A DNA stretch of 63,485 nt, the filler included, from an uncultured Gemmatimonadota bacterium (GTDB taxonomy: Bacteria > Blakebacterota > Blakebacteria > Blakebacterales > Blakebacteraceae): assembly GCA_964576115.1 (NCBI GenBank). It is 5 parts of 5 records of this genome, joined end to end, with 100 filler letters (N's around TTAATTAATTAA, not from the genome) between each part and the next. Parts side by side here need not be neighbours in the genome. Positions count along the whole stretch, not along the records: positions 15,081 to 29,411 come from CAZNUA010000070.1; positions 29,512 to 43,825 come from CAZNUA010000071.1; 3 more parts are not named here. The stretch is one strand, 5' to 3'. The position numbers and the translations under genes are program-made. How positions within the stretch are numbered: the first letter of the stretch is position 1; each line of letters starts with the position of its first letter. Below are positions 26,751 to 35,726 of this stretch, in pieces. The notes beneath the pieces are model-generated. The model was given only the letters and a program-made list of their open reading frames with translations, was not told the origin of the DNA and ran no database searches.

Positions 26751-28250
26751 TTACTTGATCCCCGGCGCCAGCTTCGCGATCAGCTTCGAGAAAGCCAGGA
26801 AGAGCAGACCCGAGACGATCACGATCCCGGCTACCACGCCGAAGAGCTGGGGCATCGGCAGAGTCTCGATGAAGCCCGCCACCAGCCCGGCGATCAGGTT
26901 GCCGATGGCCGCCCCCATGAACCACATGCCCATCATCTGGCTCACGAAACGCTTCGGCGAGATCTTGGTGATCGCACTCAGTCCCACCGGACTCAGGGCC
27001 AGCTCGCCCACGGTGTGCAGGAAGTAGGTCACCACCAGCCACATGGGGCTGACCAGGTTCCCCTCCACGGCGAAGCTCGAACCCCAGGCCATGACCAGAA
27101 AACCGCAGCCCAGCAGCACCAGCCCCGCCCCGAACTTGACCCCCAGGGTCGGGTTGCGCTCGCGCAGCCAGACCCAGAGACTGCCCACCACGGGAGCCAG
27201 GATGATGATGAAGAGGGGATTGATGGCCTGCAGCCAGCCGGCCGGGGCCTCGAAGCCGAAGACGGTGCGGTTGGTGAAGCGCTCGGCGAAGAGGTTCATC
27301 GAGCTGCCTGCCTGCTCGAAACCCGACCAGAACAGGGAGGCGCCCAGGAAGAGGACCGCGATCAGGGCTACCCGCTTCCTTTCGGCCGCATCGCGGCAGA
27401 CGAAGATGACCATACCGGCGAAGTAGAGGATCGCCAGGATCAGGATCACCACCCCGGTCGAACGGGCGAAGGTCACCAGGGTGAGGTTGAGGATGTCGAA
27501 GACCGCCAGCCCGATCAGGACCAGCGCGATCACAACCACAACCCCGATGCCCTTGAAGAAATTGCGCGCCGACCGTGCCACCGATTCGGGCTCGGCCGCC
27601 TCGTCTTTGAGCCAGCCGGCGTCGCCGAGATGTTTCCAGCCGATCACGTACTGGATGATTCCGAAAGTCATTCCCAGGCCGGCAGCCAGGAAACCGAGGT
27701 GCCAGTTGATGTTCTCGCCCAGGAACGAACAGACCAGGGGTGCCACCAGGGCCCCGATGTTGATCCCCATATAGAAGATCGAGAACCCGGCATCCCGTTT
27801 CGCGTCCTCACCGGGGTAGAGATCGCCGACGATAGCCGAGACGTTGGGTTTGAGAAGCCCCGTACCCAGCGCCACCAGGATCAGACCGATGAAGAAGGTC
27901 GGTCGGAAGGGCAGGGCCAGGGTGTACTGCCCCAGGGCGATGACGATCCCGCCGTAGAGCACCGACTTGCGCTGGCCGAGCAGTTTGTCAGCGATCCAGC
28001 CCCCCGGCAGGGCCAGGGCATAGACCCCGAAAGCGTACAGACCGTAAATCGCCGTGGCGTTCTCGGTGTTCATGCCCAGACCGCCGTTGACAATCAGGTC
28101 GGTCATGAACAGAACGAGCAGGGCGCGCATGCCGTAGTAGGAGAAACGCTCCCACATCTCTGTAAAAAAGAGGGTTTTGAGTCCGTAGGGATGGCCGTGG
28201 AAAGTCTTTTCAGCCTCCACCGGGGGACCCGACATGACAGGTTCGGACAT
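26751..28250 (-). CDS. Proton-dependent oligopeptide transporter (POT/PTR, MFS)
   Basis: GHPYGL, EMWERFSYYGMR (ExxERF), LLKPN, FSIFYMGINIG, GELALSP. Confidence 0.95.
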   Translation of the reverse strand: MSEPVMSGPPVEAEKTFHGHPYGLKTLFFTEMWERFSYYGMRALLVLFMTDLIVNGGLGMNTENATAIYGLYAFGVYALALPGGWIADKLLGQRKSVLYGGIVIALGQYTLALPFRPTFFIGLILVALGTGLLKPNVSAIVGDLYPGEDAKRDAGFSIFYMGINIGALVAPLVCSFLGENINWHLGFLAAGLGMTFGIIQYVIGWKHLGDAGWLKDEAAEPESVARSARNFFKGIGVVVVIALVLIGLAVFDILNLTLVTFARSTGVVILILAILYFAGMVIFVCRDAAERKRVALIAVLFLGASLFWSGFEQAGSSMNLFAERFTNRTVFGFEAPAGWLQAINPLFIIILAPVVGSLWVWLRERNPTLGVKFGAGLVLLGCGFLVMAWGSSFAVEGNLVSPMWLVVTYFLHTVGELALSPVGLSAITKISPKRFVSQMMGMWFMGAAIGNLIAGLVAGFIETLPMPQLFGVVAGIVIVSGLLFLAFSKLIAKLAPGIK

Positions 28251-28378
28251 GGTCAAACTCCATCGATCGCGTGAGGTGCACTGCCCGGTGCCCCTCTCAC
28301 CGGGTATCCGACCCGCCTGGGGCGCGCCGGCAGATGCTCCAACATACACCACCTGCAGGCGGAGTCAAACCGGCTCTC

Positions 28379-28810
28379 TCAGCGGATCTCCACCAGTCTG
28401 ATCTCGAAGGTCAGGGTCGCTCCCGGCGGGATCATCTCGCCGCTCCCCTCATCACCCCAGGCCAGCTCGGGCGGTGAGGTGATTCGGCGCACCTCGCCGG
28501 CGCGCATACCGATCAGCCCCTCATCCCAGGCCTGGATCACCCGGCTCTCGCCGATCCTGACCGCAATGGCGGAACCTTCACCCCCGTGTTCGGGGTCGTT
28601 GCTTTCGACCTGGGTGCCGTGCTCGAGCCAGACGGTGTAGCGGAAGACGGCCCGCTGGCCCCTGACCAGAGCCCGCCCCCGGCCTTTTTGCAGGACCTGG
28701 ATGGTGAGTCCCGACTCGGTCGTATAGGGCTCTTCCGGTCCACCGGCACAGGCGGTGAGAAGAGCAATGAGGAGACAGCACGCGGGACCGGTCACACGTC
28801 GAATCTGCAT
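28379..28810 (-). CDS. FKBP-type peptidyl-prolyl isomerase, lipoprotein
   Basis: Lipobox LTAC, TTESGL, VIQAWDEGL, PPELAWG, IPPGATLTFEIRL. Confidence 0.92.
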   Translation of the reverse strand: MQIRRVTGPACCLLIALLTACAGGPEEPYTTESGLTIQVLQKGRGRALVRGQRAVFRYTVWLEHGTQVESNDPEHGGEGSAIAVRIGESRVIQAWDEGLIGMRAGEVRRITSPPELAWGDEGSGEMIPPGATLTFEIRLVEIR

Positions 28811-29015
28811 CACGACTCTTCCTTTCAGCGCTCCCGTCAGCTCGCCGATACTGACGGCACGGGGCGCCAATCTCCAGCCTAGCGTCTCGACCGATGGTGA
28901 TGCAAGATTTCATAGCCGCAAAGGGGCTGGTCCTTACCGCCGAAAGGCGTATGATACCAGGCATCGGATCCATCCGTACGCCGTACGCCGGGGTATTTCC
29001 CCGGAGGGGAGAAAC

Positions 29016-29402
29016 ATGGCCGGTATTCGGGACATCATCGTCATCGGCGATCGCGTCCTCATCCGTCCCGAGGAAGAAAGCGATCGCACTTCGCACGGCC
29101 TCTACCTGCCGGCGGGGGTGCGCTCGAAGGAGAAAGTACAGGGGGGCACTATCATGAAGGTCGGCCCGGGCTATCCGATCCCGAACCCGACCTGGACCGA
29201 CGACGAGCCCTGGTCGAACGAAGAGAGGGAGTTCGTCAAGTACGTGCCCCTGCAAGCCCAGCCGGGGGATTACGCTCTCTTTCTGCGTGAGAAGGCGATC
29301 GAAATCGAGTATCAGGGCGACAAGCTGTTGATCGTGCCGCAGAGTTCGCTGCTGGTGCTGGTTCGCAAGAACCCCATCGAGGAACTGCAGCAGCCCGAAT
29401 GA
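29016..29402 (+). CDS. GroES/Cpn10-family co-chaperone (long form, 128 aa)
   Basis: IGDRVLI, TSHGLYLP, KVGPG, QPGD, IEYQGDKLLIV. Confidence 0.85.
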   Translation: MAGIRDIIVIGDRVLIRPEEESDRTSHGLYLPAGVRSKEKVQGGTIMKVGPGYPIPNPTWTDDEPWSNEEREFVKYVPLQAQPGDYALFLREKAIEIEYQGDKLLIVPQSSLLVLVRKNPIEELQQPE

Positions 29403-29411
29403 TCAGCCGAG

Positions 29412-29511
29412 NNNNNNNNNNNNNNNNNNNNNNNNNNNNNNNNNNNNNNNNNNNNTTAATTAATTAANNNNNNNNNNNNNNNNNNNNNNNNNNNNNNNNN
29501 NNNNNNNNNNN
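29412..29511. other. Artificial contig linker
   Basis: N-run, TTAATTAATTAA, N-run. Confidence 0.98.
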
Positions 29512-29733
29512 CAGATCAGAGCCGTCGAAAAGAACGACGGCATCGGTGGGGATGGGCCGGGACAGGGCGGTGTCGGGTCCGGGATTCACCACCGGGGGCA
29601 GGGGTCGGTCGGGATCGTGGATTCTCCACTGCATGACAGGATCCTGTACGAGTCCTCCGACAGCCGTAAAGACGGCGATGACGGCGACGATGACGAGCGA
29701 CGACACTGCCGCTGTGACGGTGATGCGGGGCAT
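29512..29733 (-). CDS. DUF1080 (3-keto-disaccharide hydrolase-like) protein, 5' part, truncated
   Basis: Signal peptide, WRIHDPDRPLPPVVNPG, PTDAVVLFDGSDL; GGAG RBS. Confidence 0.8.
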
Positions 29734-29751
29734 GGCGATCTCCGGCGTTCT

Positions 29752-29908
29752 ACCGGACCACAGGCGGACCGGCAGGCTCCGGACCAAGAGTACCCACCGA
29801 CCCCCGTCGGACTCAACCGGCTTGTCTTCGACTCCGACCGACCGGTGCCGTGCGAACCCTTCCAGCCACTCTCGAACAGGCATCCCGCTGCCCGCTGCGG
29901 ACTCCGGT
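29752..29908 (-). ncRNA. Candidate structured RNA (rod-like, unidentified)
   Basis: Nested end-to-end complementarity with several G-U pairs on the minus strand; no family recognised. Confidence 0.3.
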
Positions 29909-30010
29909 TCGTACTATCCGGCCAGTCGGCAGGATCACCGGCACGTAGCCGCGGGTGTCGTTGTCCTGCTACGCTGATACCGACTCATGAACAGGGAGGA
30001 ATGAGGTCCG

Positions 30011-31450
30011 ATGGACAGGTTCTCCGGAAGATTCTTCGGTCAAAGGGTACTCATCGTTCTCGCGATCTGCAGTCTGCTCGCCGCCGGCTGTACCAATCAA
30101 CGAGAACCCTCGGGAGAGGTCCCCTTCGTGCTCCCGGGTACCCTCACGGCGAACAGCGAGTATGCCTGCCGGCGCTCGCGGCTGATGGATGAACACCCCG
30201 ATGGAGTGATCATCATTCCCGGCTCCACCGCCCCGATCGCCGATTACCAGTTCTTCCAGAACAACGACTTCTTTTACTTCACCGGCGTCGAGGCGCCCGA
30301 CGCCTGGCTCGTCGTGGATGCCGTGGCCCGCGAGAGCATTCTCTTCCTGACCCTTGATGAACACGACGGCCGCGGGGAGGGGATACCGGTCGAGCTGGCC
30401 CGCGATCCGGTCGGTCATACCGGGATCGAGCAGGCCCGGCCGGTCGGGGAGCTGGGTGAGGTCCTGGCCGGATTTGCCCGACGTACCCCGATCTTCTACC
30501 TCTCCCGGCGTCCCGGGGAACTCCATCGCATGAACACCAACGAGGTCTTCGGAGCGTACCGGCGGACAGTGACCGACAATGAATGGGACGGTCGGCTCAC
30601 CCGCGAGCTGCAGCTCAGCGCGCGTCTGGCCGAGCGCTTTCCCGGCGTCGAGATCCGGGATTGTTTCCGTACCATCCAGGTGTTGCGCAAGATCAAGTCT
30701 CCGGCCGAGGTGGCGCTGGTGCGCGAAGCCGCCCGGATCGGCGTCGAGGCTCACCGCGAAGTCATCCGCTCGGCCCGACCGGGCGTGCCCGAGCAGGCTC
30801 TGGCCGCGCTCTTCGAGTTCGTCTGCAAACGAGCCGGGGCGCAGGAACTGGCCTTCTACACGATCATCATGGCCGGTCCCCACCATCCCTGGGGCCACTA
30901 CCACCGTCACGACCGCACCCTCGAAGCGGGCGACCTGGTCATCCTCGATGCAGGGCCCGACTATGCCTACTACAATGCCGACATCTCCACCACCTTTCCG
31001 GCCAACGGGCGCTTCACCCCCGAACAGCGCGAACTGTACGAGTTCGGACTCGGCCTCCGACAGGTCTGCCTCGATGCCTACCGTCCGGGGATCACGTTGC
31101 GCGAGGTGGGGGAGAAAGTCAGGGAATGGCTCTTCGCCAACGGCTATGACGGCACCGATCGGCGCTGGCGCGGACTGACGACCTGGGGCGGGTACAACCA
31201 TCCGGTCGGTCTGGCGACCCACGATGTCATGGCCTCGATGACCGGTCCCGATGAGCCGCTCGAACCGGGGTTCGTCTTCGCCTGCGATATCAACATCCCT
31301 GAGACCGAAACGATGGGGATCAGGATCGAAGACACGGTCGTGATCACCACCGATGGCTGCGAGAACCTCTCCGCCGGCTTGCCCCGCACCGTGGCCGAGA
31401 TCGAGGTCTTCATGCTCCGGCCGGGTCTGTTGCAGAAAGTGAGGCGATAA
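30011..31450 (+). CDS. Aminopeptidase P-like lipoprotein (M24B), variant active site
   Basis: Lipobox LAAGC, FFQNNDFFYFTG, LRKIKSPAE, DAG..ADI, HPVGLATHD, GIRIED. Confidence 0.9.
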   Translation: MDRFSGRFFGQRVLIVLAICSLLAAGCTNQREPSGEVPFVLPGTLTANSEYACRRSRLMDEHPDGVIIIPGSTAPIADYQFFQNNDFFYFTGVEAPDAWLVVDAVARESILFLTLDEHDGRGEGIPVELARDPVGHTGIEQARPVGELGEVLAGFARRTPIFYLSRRPGELHRMNTNEVFGAYRRTVTDNEWDGRLTRELQLSARLAERFPGVEIRDCFRTIQVLRKIKSPAEVALVREAARIGVEAHREVIRSARPGVPEQALAALFEFVCKRAGAQELAFYTIIMAGPHHPWGHYHRHDRTLEAGDLVILDAGPDYAYYNADISTTFPANGRFTPEQRELYEFGLGLRQVCLDAYRPGITLREVGEKVREWLFANGYDGTDRRWRGLTTWGGYNHPVGLATHDVMASMTGPDEPLEPGFVFACDINIPETETMGIRIEDTVVITTDGCENLSAGLPRTVAEIEVFMLRPGLLQKVRR

Positions 31451-31453
31451 GTC

Positions 31454-33679
31454 ATGACGTGTTGCCCCCGTCGCCCGGCCCATCACCAGGACGCCTGTGG
31501 GCGCCCGGGATCGATCGGATGCGGGCTCCTCTTCCGGCGATTGCAGCCGCTGTTACTGCTGCTGACGTTTCTGCCCGCTCCCGGTGCCGTCCGGGCCCAG
31601 CAGGTGGATGTCTGGAGTCGCCCGGTGCAGGTCGAACGCAGCCGTAGCTGCGATTTCCTCCACTATCGGGTGAGTCTGAACGTCGATCTCGAGGCGAAAC
31701 TCTTCCGGGGAGAAAATCGGATCACCCTGACTCCCTTTGCTGACGGTTTCAGCCGCTTCGAACTCGATGCCGAAGAGATCATCGTCGAACGGGTCAACGA
31801 CACTGCGGGGAATACCCTCGGTTTCGAACAGGGAGAGGGAACGGTTGTGATCGATCTGGGCCGGGCCTACGCCTGGGGGGACACCCTCACCGTCACGGTC
31901 GACTACCGAGGAGAGAACCCGCAACAGGGCTTTTTCTTCGATGAGACGAGTCCCGATCACCCGCAGATGGTTTCAACCGATTCCTGGCCCAACGAAGCTC
32001 GTCACTGGATCCCCTGTTACGACTACCCCAACGACAAGGTCACCCACGAATTCCTCATCACCGTGCCGATCGGAAACCGGGTGCTGGCCAACGGCCGGCT
32101 CGTCGGGATCACTGAACACGATGCCGCCGGTACGGCGACCTGGCACTGGTCGCAGGACCTGCCGCACCCGACCTATCTTTTCATGCTGGCGATCGGGCCC
32201 TTCGCCGTCATCGAGGATTCCCTTGGCGATCTGCCGGTGAACTACTGGGTCTACCCCGATGACATCGAAGACGCCCGCTGGATCTTCGCCAAAACCCCGC
32301 GCATGATCGCCTTTTACTCCGAGCTCTTCGATTACCCCTATCCGTGGGCCAAATACGCCCAGGTGACCACCCCTCATGTGGGTGGGGGGGCCGAAGCGAC
32401 CTCGGCTACGATTCTGGGCGACGGAGTCATCCACGACCGGCGGGCCGAGCAGGATTTCTCGTGGGAAAGCATCATTGCCCACGAGATCGCCCACCAGTGG
32501 TGGGGCGATCTGATCACCCTGCGCGAGTGGTCCCATACCTGGCTCAACGAGAGCTTCGGGACCTATTCCGATTACCTCTGGACCCGGCATGAAGGCGGCG
32601 AGGACGAAGGTGCCTGGGAACTGTTGGGGAAAAAGAACGCCTACCTGCGTGAAGCCCGCACCCGGTATATGCGTCCGATCGTCTTCGACCGCTACGAGCG
32701 CCCACATGACAACTTCGACTCCCATACCTACCCCAAGGGCGCCTGTATCCTGCACCAGCTCCGCTTCCTGCTTGGCGACGTACTCTTCTTCCGGACCCTG
32801 AGTGCCTTTTTACACGAGCATGCCTTCGAGCCGGTTGATACCCATGATTTCACAAAGACTGTCAAGGAAGTGACCGGCCGGAACCTCGACTGGTTCTTCG
32901 AACAGTACCTCTACCTGCCCGGGCATCCGGTCTTCGAGATCGCCTCGCACTACGATCCGGTCGCTGGTGAGCTGCGGTTCGAGGTCGCCCAGGTGCAGGA
33001 CCGTGACCACGGCGTGCCGATCTACCGCACACCGGTGCGGATTGGCCTCGTGACTGCCTCGGGCAGAAGGACCGAGACGGTCTGGCTGGCCCACGAACGG
33101 GATTCGTTCGTTTGGCCGTGTTCCGAAGAACCGCTTCTGGTCCGCTTCGATGAGGGCAACTGGCTGCTCAAGGAATGGAGCTATCCCAAGAGCACCACTG
33201 AACTTCTCTATCAGGCCGGGCACGATGACATGATCGGGCGGGAGTGGGCCGTGCGCGAGCTGGCCGGGTATGCCGGAGAGAGGCAGGTGGCCGAAAGCCT
33301 GGTGGCGATCGTGGTGGAAGATCCTTTCTGGGCGGTCCGACTGGCCGCTGTCGAGGCCCTGGCCGGACTCGCCGGAGCCCGGGCGATCGAAACCATCCTG
33401 GCTGCGACCGATGACACGAACAGCCAGGTGCGGCGCGCGGCGGTACGGTTGCTCGGCGAGGTGGGTGATTCCGGGAGCGTAGAATTTCTGCGCGGTCGGT
33501 TCGAGGCCGACGACTCCTACCAGGTCCAGGCCGAGATCCTGAGGTCGATCGGCCGGTTGGGTGATCGGAGCCAGCTGCGTTTCCTGCGCCGGTGCGCCGG
33601 CCTGCCCTCGCACCAGGATGTCATCCGCCGGGCTGCGGAATGGGCGATCGAGGAAATCGGCAAGCGGCAAGACCAATAA
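31454..33679 (+). CDS. M1 aminopeptidase with C-terminal HEAT repeats
   Basis: HEIAHQWWGD...WLNE (HExxH..E), YPKG, HEAT repeats; start uncertain. Confidence 0.92.
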   Translation: MTCCPRRPAHHQDACGRPGSIGCGLLFRRLQPLLLLLTFLPAPGAVRAQQVDVWSRPVQVERSRSCDFLHYRVSLNVDLEAKLFRGENRITLTPFADGFSRFELDAEEIIVERVNDTAGNTLGFEQGEGTVVIDLGRAYAWGDTLTVTVDYRGENPQQGFFFDETSPDHPQMVSTDSWPNEARHWIPCYDYPNDKVTHEFLITVPIGNRVLANGRLVGITEHDAAGTATWHWSQDLPHPTYLFMLAIGPFAVIEDSLGDLPVNYWVYPDDIEDARWIFAKTPRMIAFYSELFDYPYPWAKYAQVTTPHVGGGAEATSATILGDGVIHDRRAEQDFSWESIIAHEIAHQWWGDLITLREWSHTWLNESFGTYSDYLWTRHEGGEDEGAWELLGKKNAYLREARTRYMRPIVFDRYERPHDNFDSHTYPKGACILHQLRFLLGDVLFFRTLSAFLHEHAFEPVDTHDFTKTVKEVTGRNLDWFFEQYLYLPGHPVFEIASHYDPVAGELRFEVAQVQDRDHGVPIYRTPVRIGLVTASGRRTETVWLAHERDSFVWPCSEEPLLVRFDEGNWLLKEWSYPKSTTELLYQAGHDDMIGREWAVRELAGYAGERQVAESLVAIVVEDPFWAVRLAAVEALAGLAGARAIETILAATDDTNSQVRRAAVRLLGEVGDSGSVEFLRGRFEADDSYQVQAEILRSIGRLGDRSQLRFLRRCAGLPSHQDVIRRAAEWAIEEIGKRQDQ

Positions 33680-33689
33680 CCGAAGCGAT

Positions 33690-33725
33690 AAAAAACGGGC
33701 CCCGGGACTTTCGCCCCGGGGCCCG
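33690..33725 (-). terminator. Intrinsic terminator between convergent genes
   Basis: A6 then CGGGCCCCGGG actttcgc CCCGGGGCCCG; U-tract is on the minus strand. Confidence 0.8.
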
Positions 33726-33752
33726 GTGGTGGATACCGCCGCCCGGGAGGTG

Positions 33753-34916
33753 TCAGGTGCCCAGGTGCAGGTTCAGCAGGGGCAGTATCCGGAAGGGTTT
33801 GGCATTATTGCCGGCGTAGTTGATGATCCCGATCTGCACTCCGTGCAGTTCCTCGGCCCGGTTCAGCAGACCGATGGCCACGCCGGTCTGCACCCGCATG
33901 ATGTTATTGAAACCCGCCACGGTCAGGCCGGTGAAATCGCGGGCCTTGGTGTTGAGCACCGAGAACGTGAAGCCCTTGATGACGGGGCTCTTGACCCGGT
34001 ACCCCCCAACCGAGAACCATCCGATCTCCTCGCCGCTCTCGACCGTACCCAGGGAGAGATTGATCCCCCGGATGGGACTGGCGGACACGACTCCGAGGCC
34101 GCCGAACGTGAGTCCGGTGATGCCCTCCTCGCTCACCGCCGCCAGGCCGGCCAGGGTGATCCCCTGCAGGGGGCCCTCGGTTACCGCCGCCAGACCGGAG
34201 AGAGTGACTCCCCGGATGCCGCGCTCGGACACCACGGCCAGCAGGCTGCCGTTCAGGCCGGTGATCCGCCCTTCAGCCACCGCCGCCAGCCCGCCGACAT
34301 TCAGACCGCCCAGACCCCCCTCGGCCACCAGCGCCAGCCCGCCCAGGTTCAGACCGCTGATGCGTCCCTGGGCCACGGTCGCCATCATCGAGATGTTCAG
34401 GCCCCACATGTCGTCGTCGGCTACGGTGGCCAGGCCGCCGACGTTGATCCCGCTCATCCGGCCATCGGCCACCAGCGCCAGGCCGCCGAAATTCAAGCCG
34501 GTGAGATCGCCCCCGCCGATGGTGGCCATACCCGAGGCGGTCACCCACCGGCTGTGCTGGCCTGAGATATTGGCGATGAGTCCGAGCGAGACTCCGTTGA
34601 AACGGTCGGCGGCCGGAGCCATCAGGCCGAGCGCCAGGCCGTTGACCGTGCCGCTGGTTTCCTCGTACGGCCGCCAGAGGGTCAGGTTGATCCCGTTGAT
34701 CTGCTCGAGGTTGTGATCACTCCAGTTGATGCGCAGACCGGTGAAGCGGGCGGCATTTCCGATCGCCAGTCCCCAGTTCGCGGAGGGAATGCCAAGATAC
34801 CAGTCCGATCGCGGCCGCTCCGGCCGATGATCCCATTCATCCCATCCACCCTGGGCCAGACAGGTGCTCTGACCGAGGAAAAGGAAAGCGGCCAGGATGA
34901 CAGTTGCTTTCTTCAC
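33753..34916 (-). CDS. Exported beta-solenoid repeat protein (LA_2272-like)
   Basis: GTG start with GGAG RBS, signal peptide, about 13 repeats of ~16 aa (GxITGLNxGGLAxVAE), GVQIGIINYA, LPLLNLH C-terminus. Confidence 0.8.
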   Translation of the reverse strand: MKKATVILAAFLFLGQSTCLAQGGWDEWDHRPERPRSDWYLGIPSANWGLAIGNAARFTGLRINWSDHNLEQINGINLTLWRPYEETSGTVNGLALGLMAPAADRFNGVSLGLIANISGQHSRWVTASGMATIGGGDLTGLNFGGLALVADGRMSGINVGGLATVADDDMWGLNISMMATVAQGRISGLNLGGLALVAEGGLGGLNVGGLAAVAEGRITGLNGSLLAVVSERGIRGVTLSGLAAVTEGPLQGITLAGLAAVSEEGITGLTFGGLGVVSASPIRGINLSLGTVESGEEIGWFSVGGYRVKSPVIKGFTFSVLNTKARDFTGLTVAGFNNIMRVQTGVAIGLLNRAEELHGVQIGIINYAGNNAKPFRILPLLNLHLGT

Positions 34917-34982
34917 GTCGTATGTCTCCGATCCCCCACAGCTATGTGACACAGAGGTTACTATTCACAGTGTGTGCACAAT

Positions 34983-35010
34983 GATACGGAGGGGTGCGGG
35001 AAAAAGTTGG
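34983..35010 (-). promoter_or_regulatory. Putative ECF-sigma promoter
   Basis: CCAAC-N17-CGTATC on the minus strand upstream of the repeat-protein gene. Confidence 0.35.
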
Positions 35011-35027
35011 CCGGCGGATACCGTCGG

Positions 35028-35624
35028 TCAGAATGGTGCCGGAACGAACTCCGAACCGGGCTTGTCCAGCCGGTCGGTGAGTGACTCTGAAACCGATTGC
35101 AGGGCCGCGACGAGAGCCGTGATCCGGTCCTCGGTTGCCGGCCGGAGCCTCACGGCGGCGCGCAGATCCTCCCGCCACCCGAAGACATCCCGGCTGCTGA
35201 TCAGGCGAACGCCATTGTCCTTGGCCCATTCTCCTGCAGCGCGCTGTCCCAGGTCATTGAGCAACGTGATCAGTTCGGTCCGGCGTGGGTGCTCTTCGAT
35301 GCCCTCGATCAGGTGGGCGCATTCGTCGAGCCACCCCCGGGCGATGATATTCCCGGCATAAAAAATCGTAACCCACCGCCAGTATTGCTCCCAGCTCTGC
35401 ACCTCGGCGTTGGCTGAGTCGGCTTCGTAGCAGGGGCGGAAGTCCTCGGGGCGGGGGCGATAGAACGATACGGCGGTATCGGGCTGAGCGGCGGCCGGTT
35501 CTGCGGCTCGAAATTCGGGATAGCCGGGAATGGTTGTATATGCCCGGGCAGCCGTCGGGTGGGGGAGTGCGACTCCCAGTGTACAGAGCACAACCAGCCC
35601 GGCTATGCAGAACCGATAGCTCAT
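35028..35624 (-). CDS. Hypothetical exported protein
   Basis: Signal peptide ending ARA-Y; Trp-rich helical domain (WEQYWRWVTIFYAG, GEWAKDNGVR). Confidence 0.7.
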   Translation of the reverse strand: MSYRFCIAGLVVLCTLGVALPHPTAARAYTTIPGYPEFRAAEPAAAQPDTAVSFYRPRPEDFRPCYEADSANAEVQSWEQYWRWVTIFYAGNIIARGWLDECAHLIEGIEEHPRRTELITLLNDLGQRAAGEWAKDNGVRLISSRDVFGWREDLRAAVRLRPATEDRITALVAALQSVSESLTDRLDKPGSEFVPAPF

Positions 35625-35648
35625 GATGAGATAATAATGAAACCCCGC

Positions 35649-35677
35649 TTGACGGGGTTCGTATTTATCAGTAACAT
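35649..35677 (+). promoter_or_regulatory. Sigma-70 promoter
   Basis: TTGACG-N17-TAACAT. Confidence 0.65.
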
Positions 35678-35685
35678 GGCAAACA

Positions 35686-35702
35686 AGTTTGTCATACAAA
35701 GT
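35686..35702. promoter_or_regulatory. Putative operator palindrome
   Basis: AGTTTG-N5-CAAAGT just downstream of the -10, upstream of an operon encoding a wHTH regulator. Confidence 0.5.
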
Positions 35703-35726
35703 AATTTGCATCAGAACAGGAGAAGA

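Noticed and set aside
29760..29800. B12-box-like GTCCGGAGCCTGCC on the minus strand
   Set aside because: The upstream cobalamin riboswitch core (GGGAA...GGTG.AA.TCC...ACTGT) is absent.
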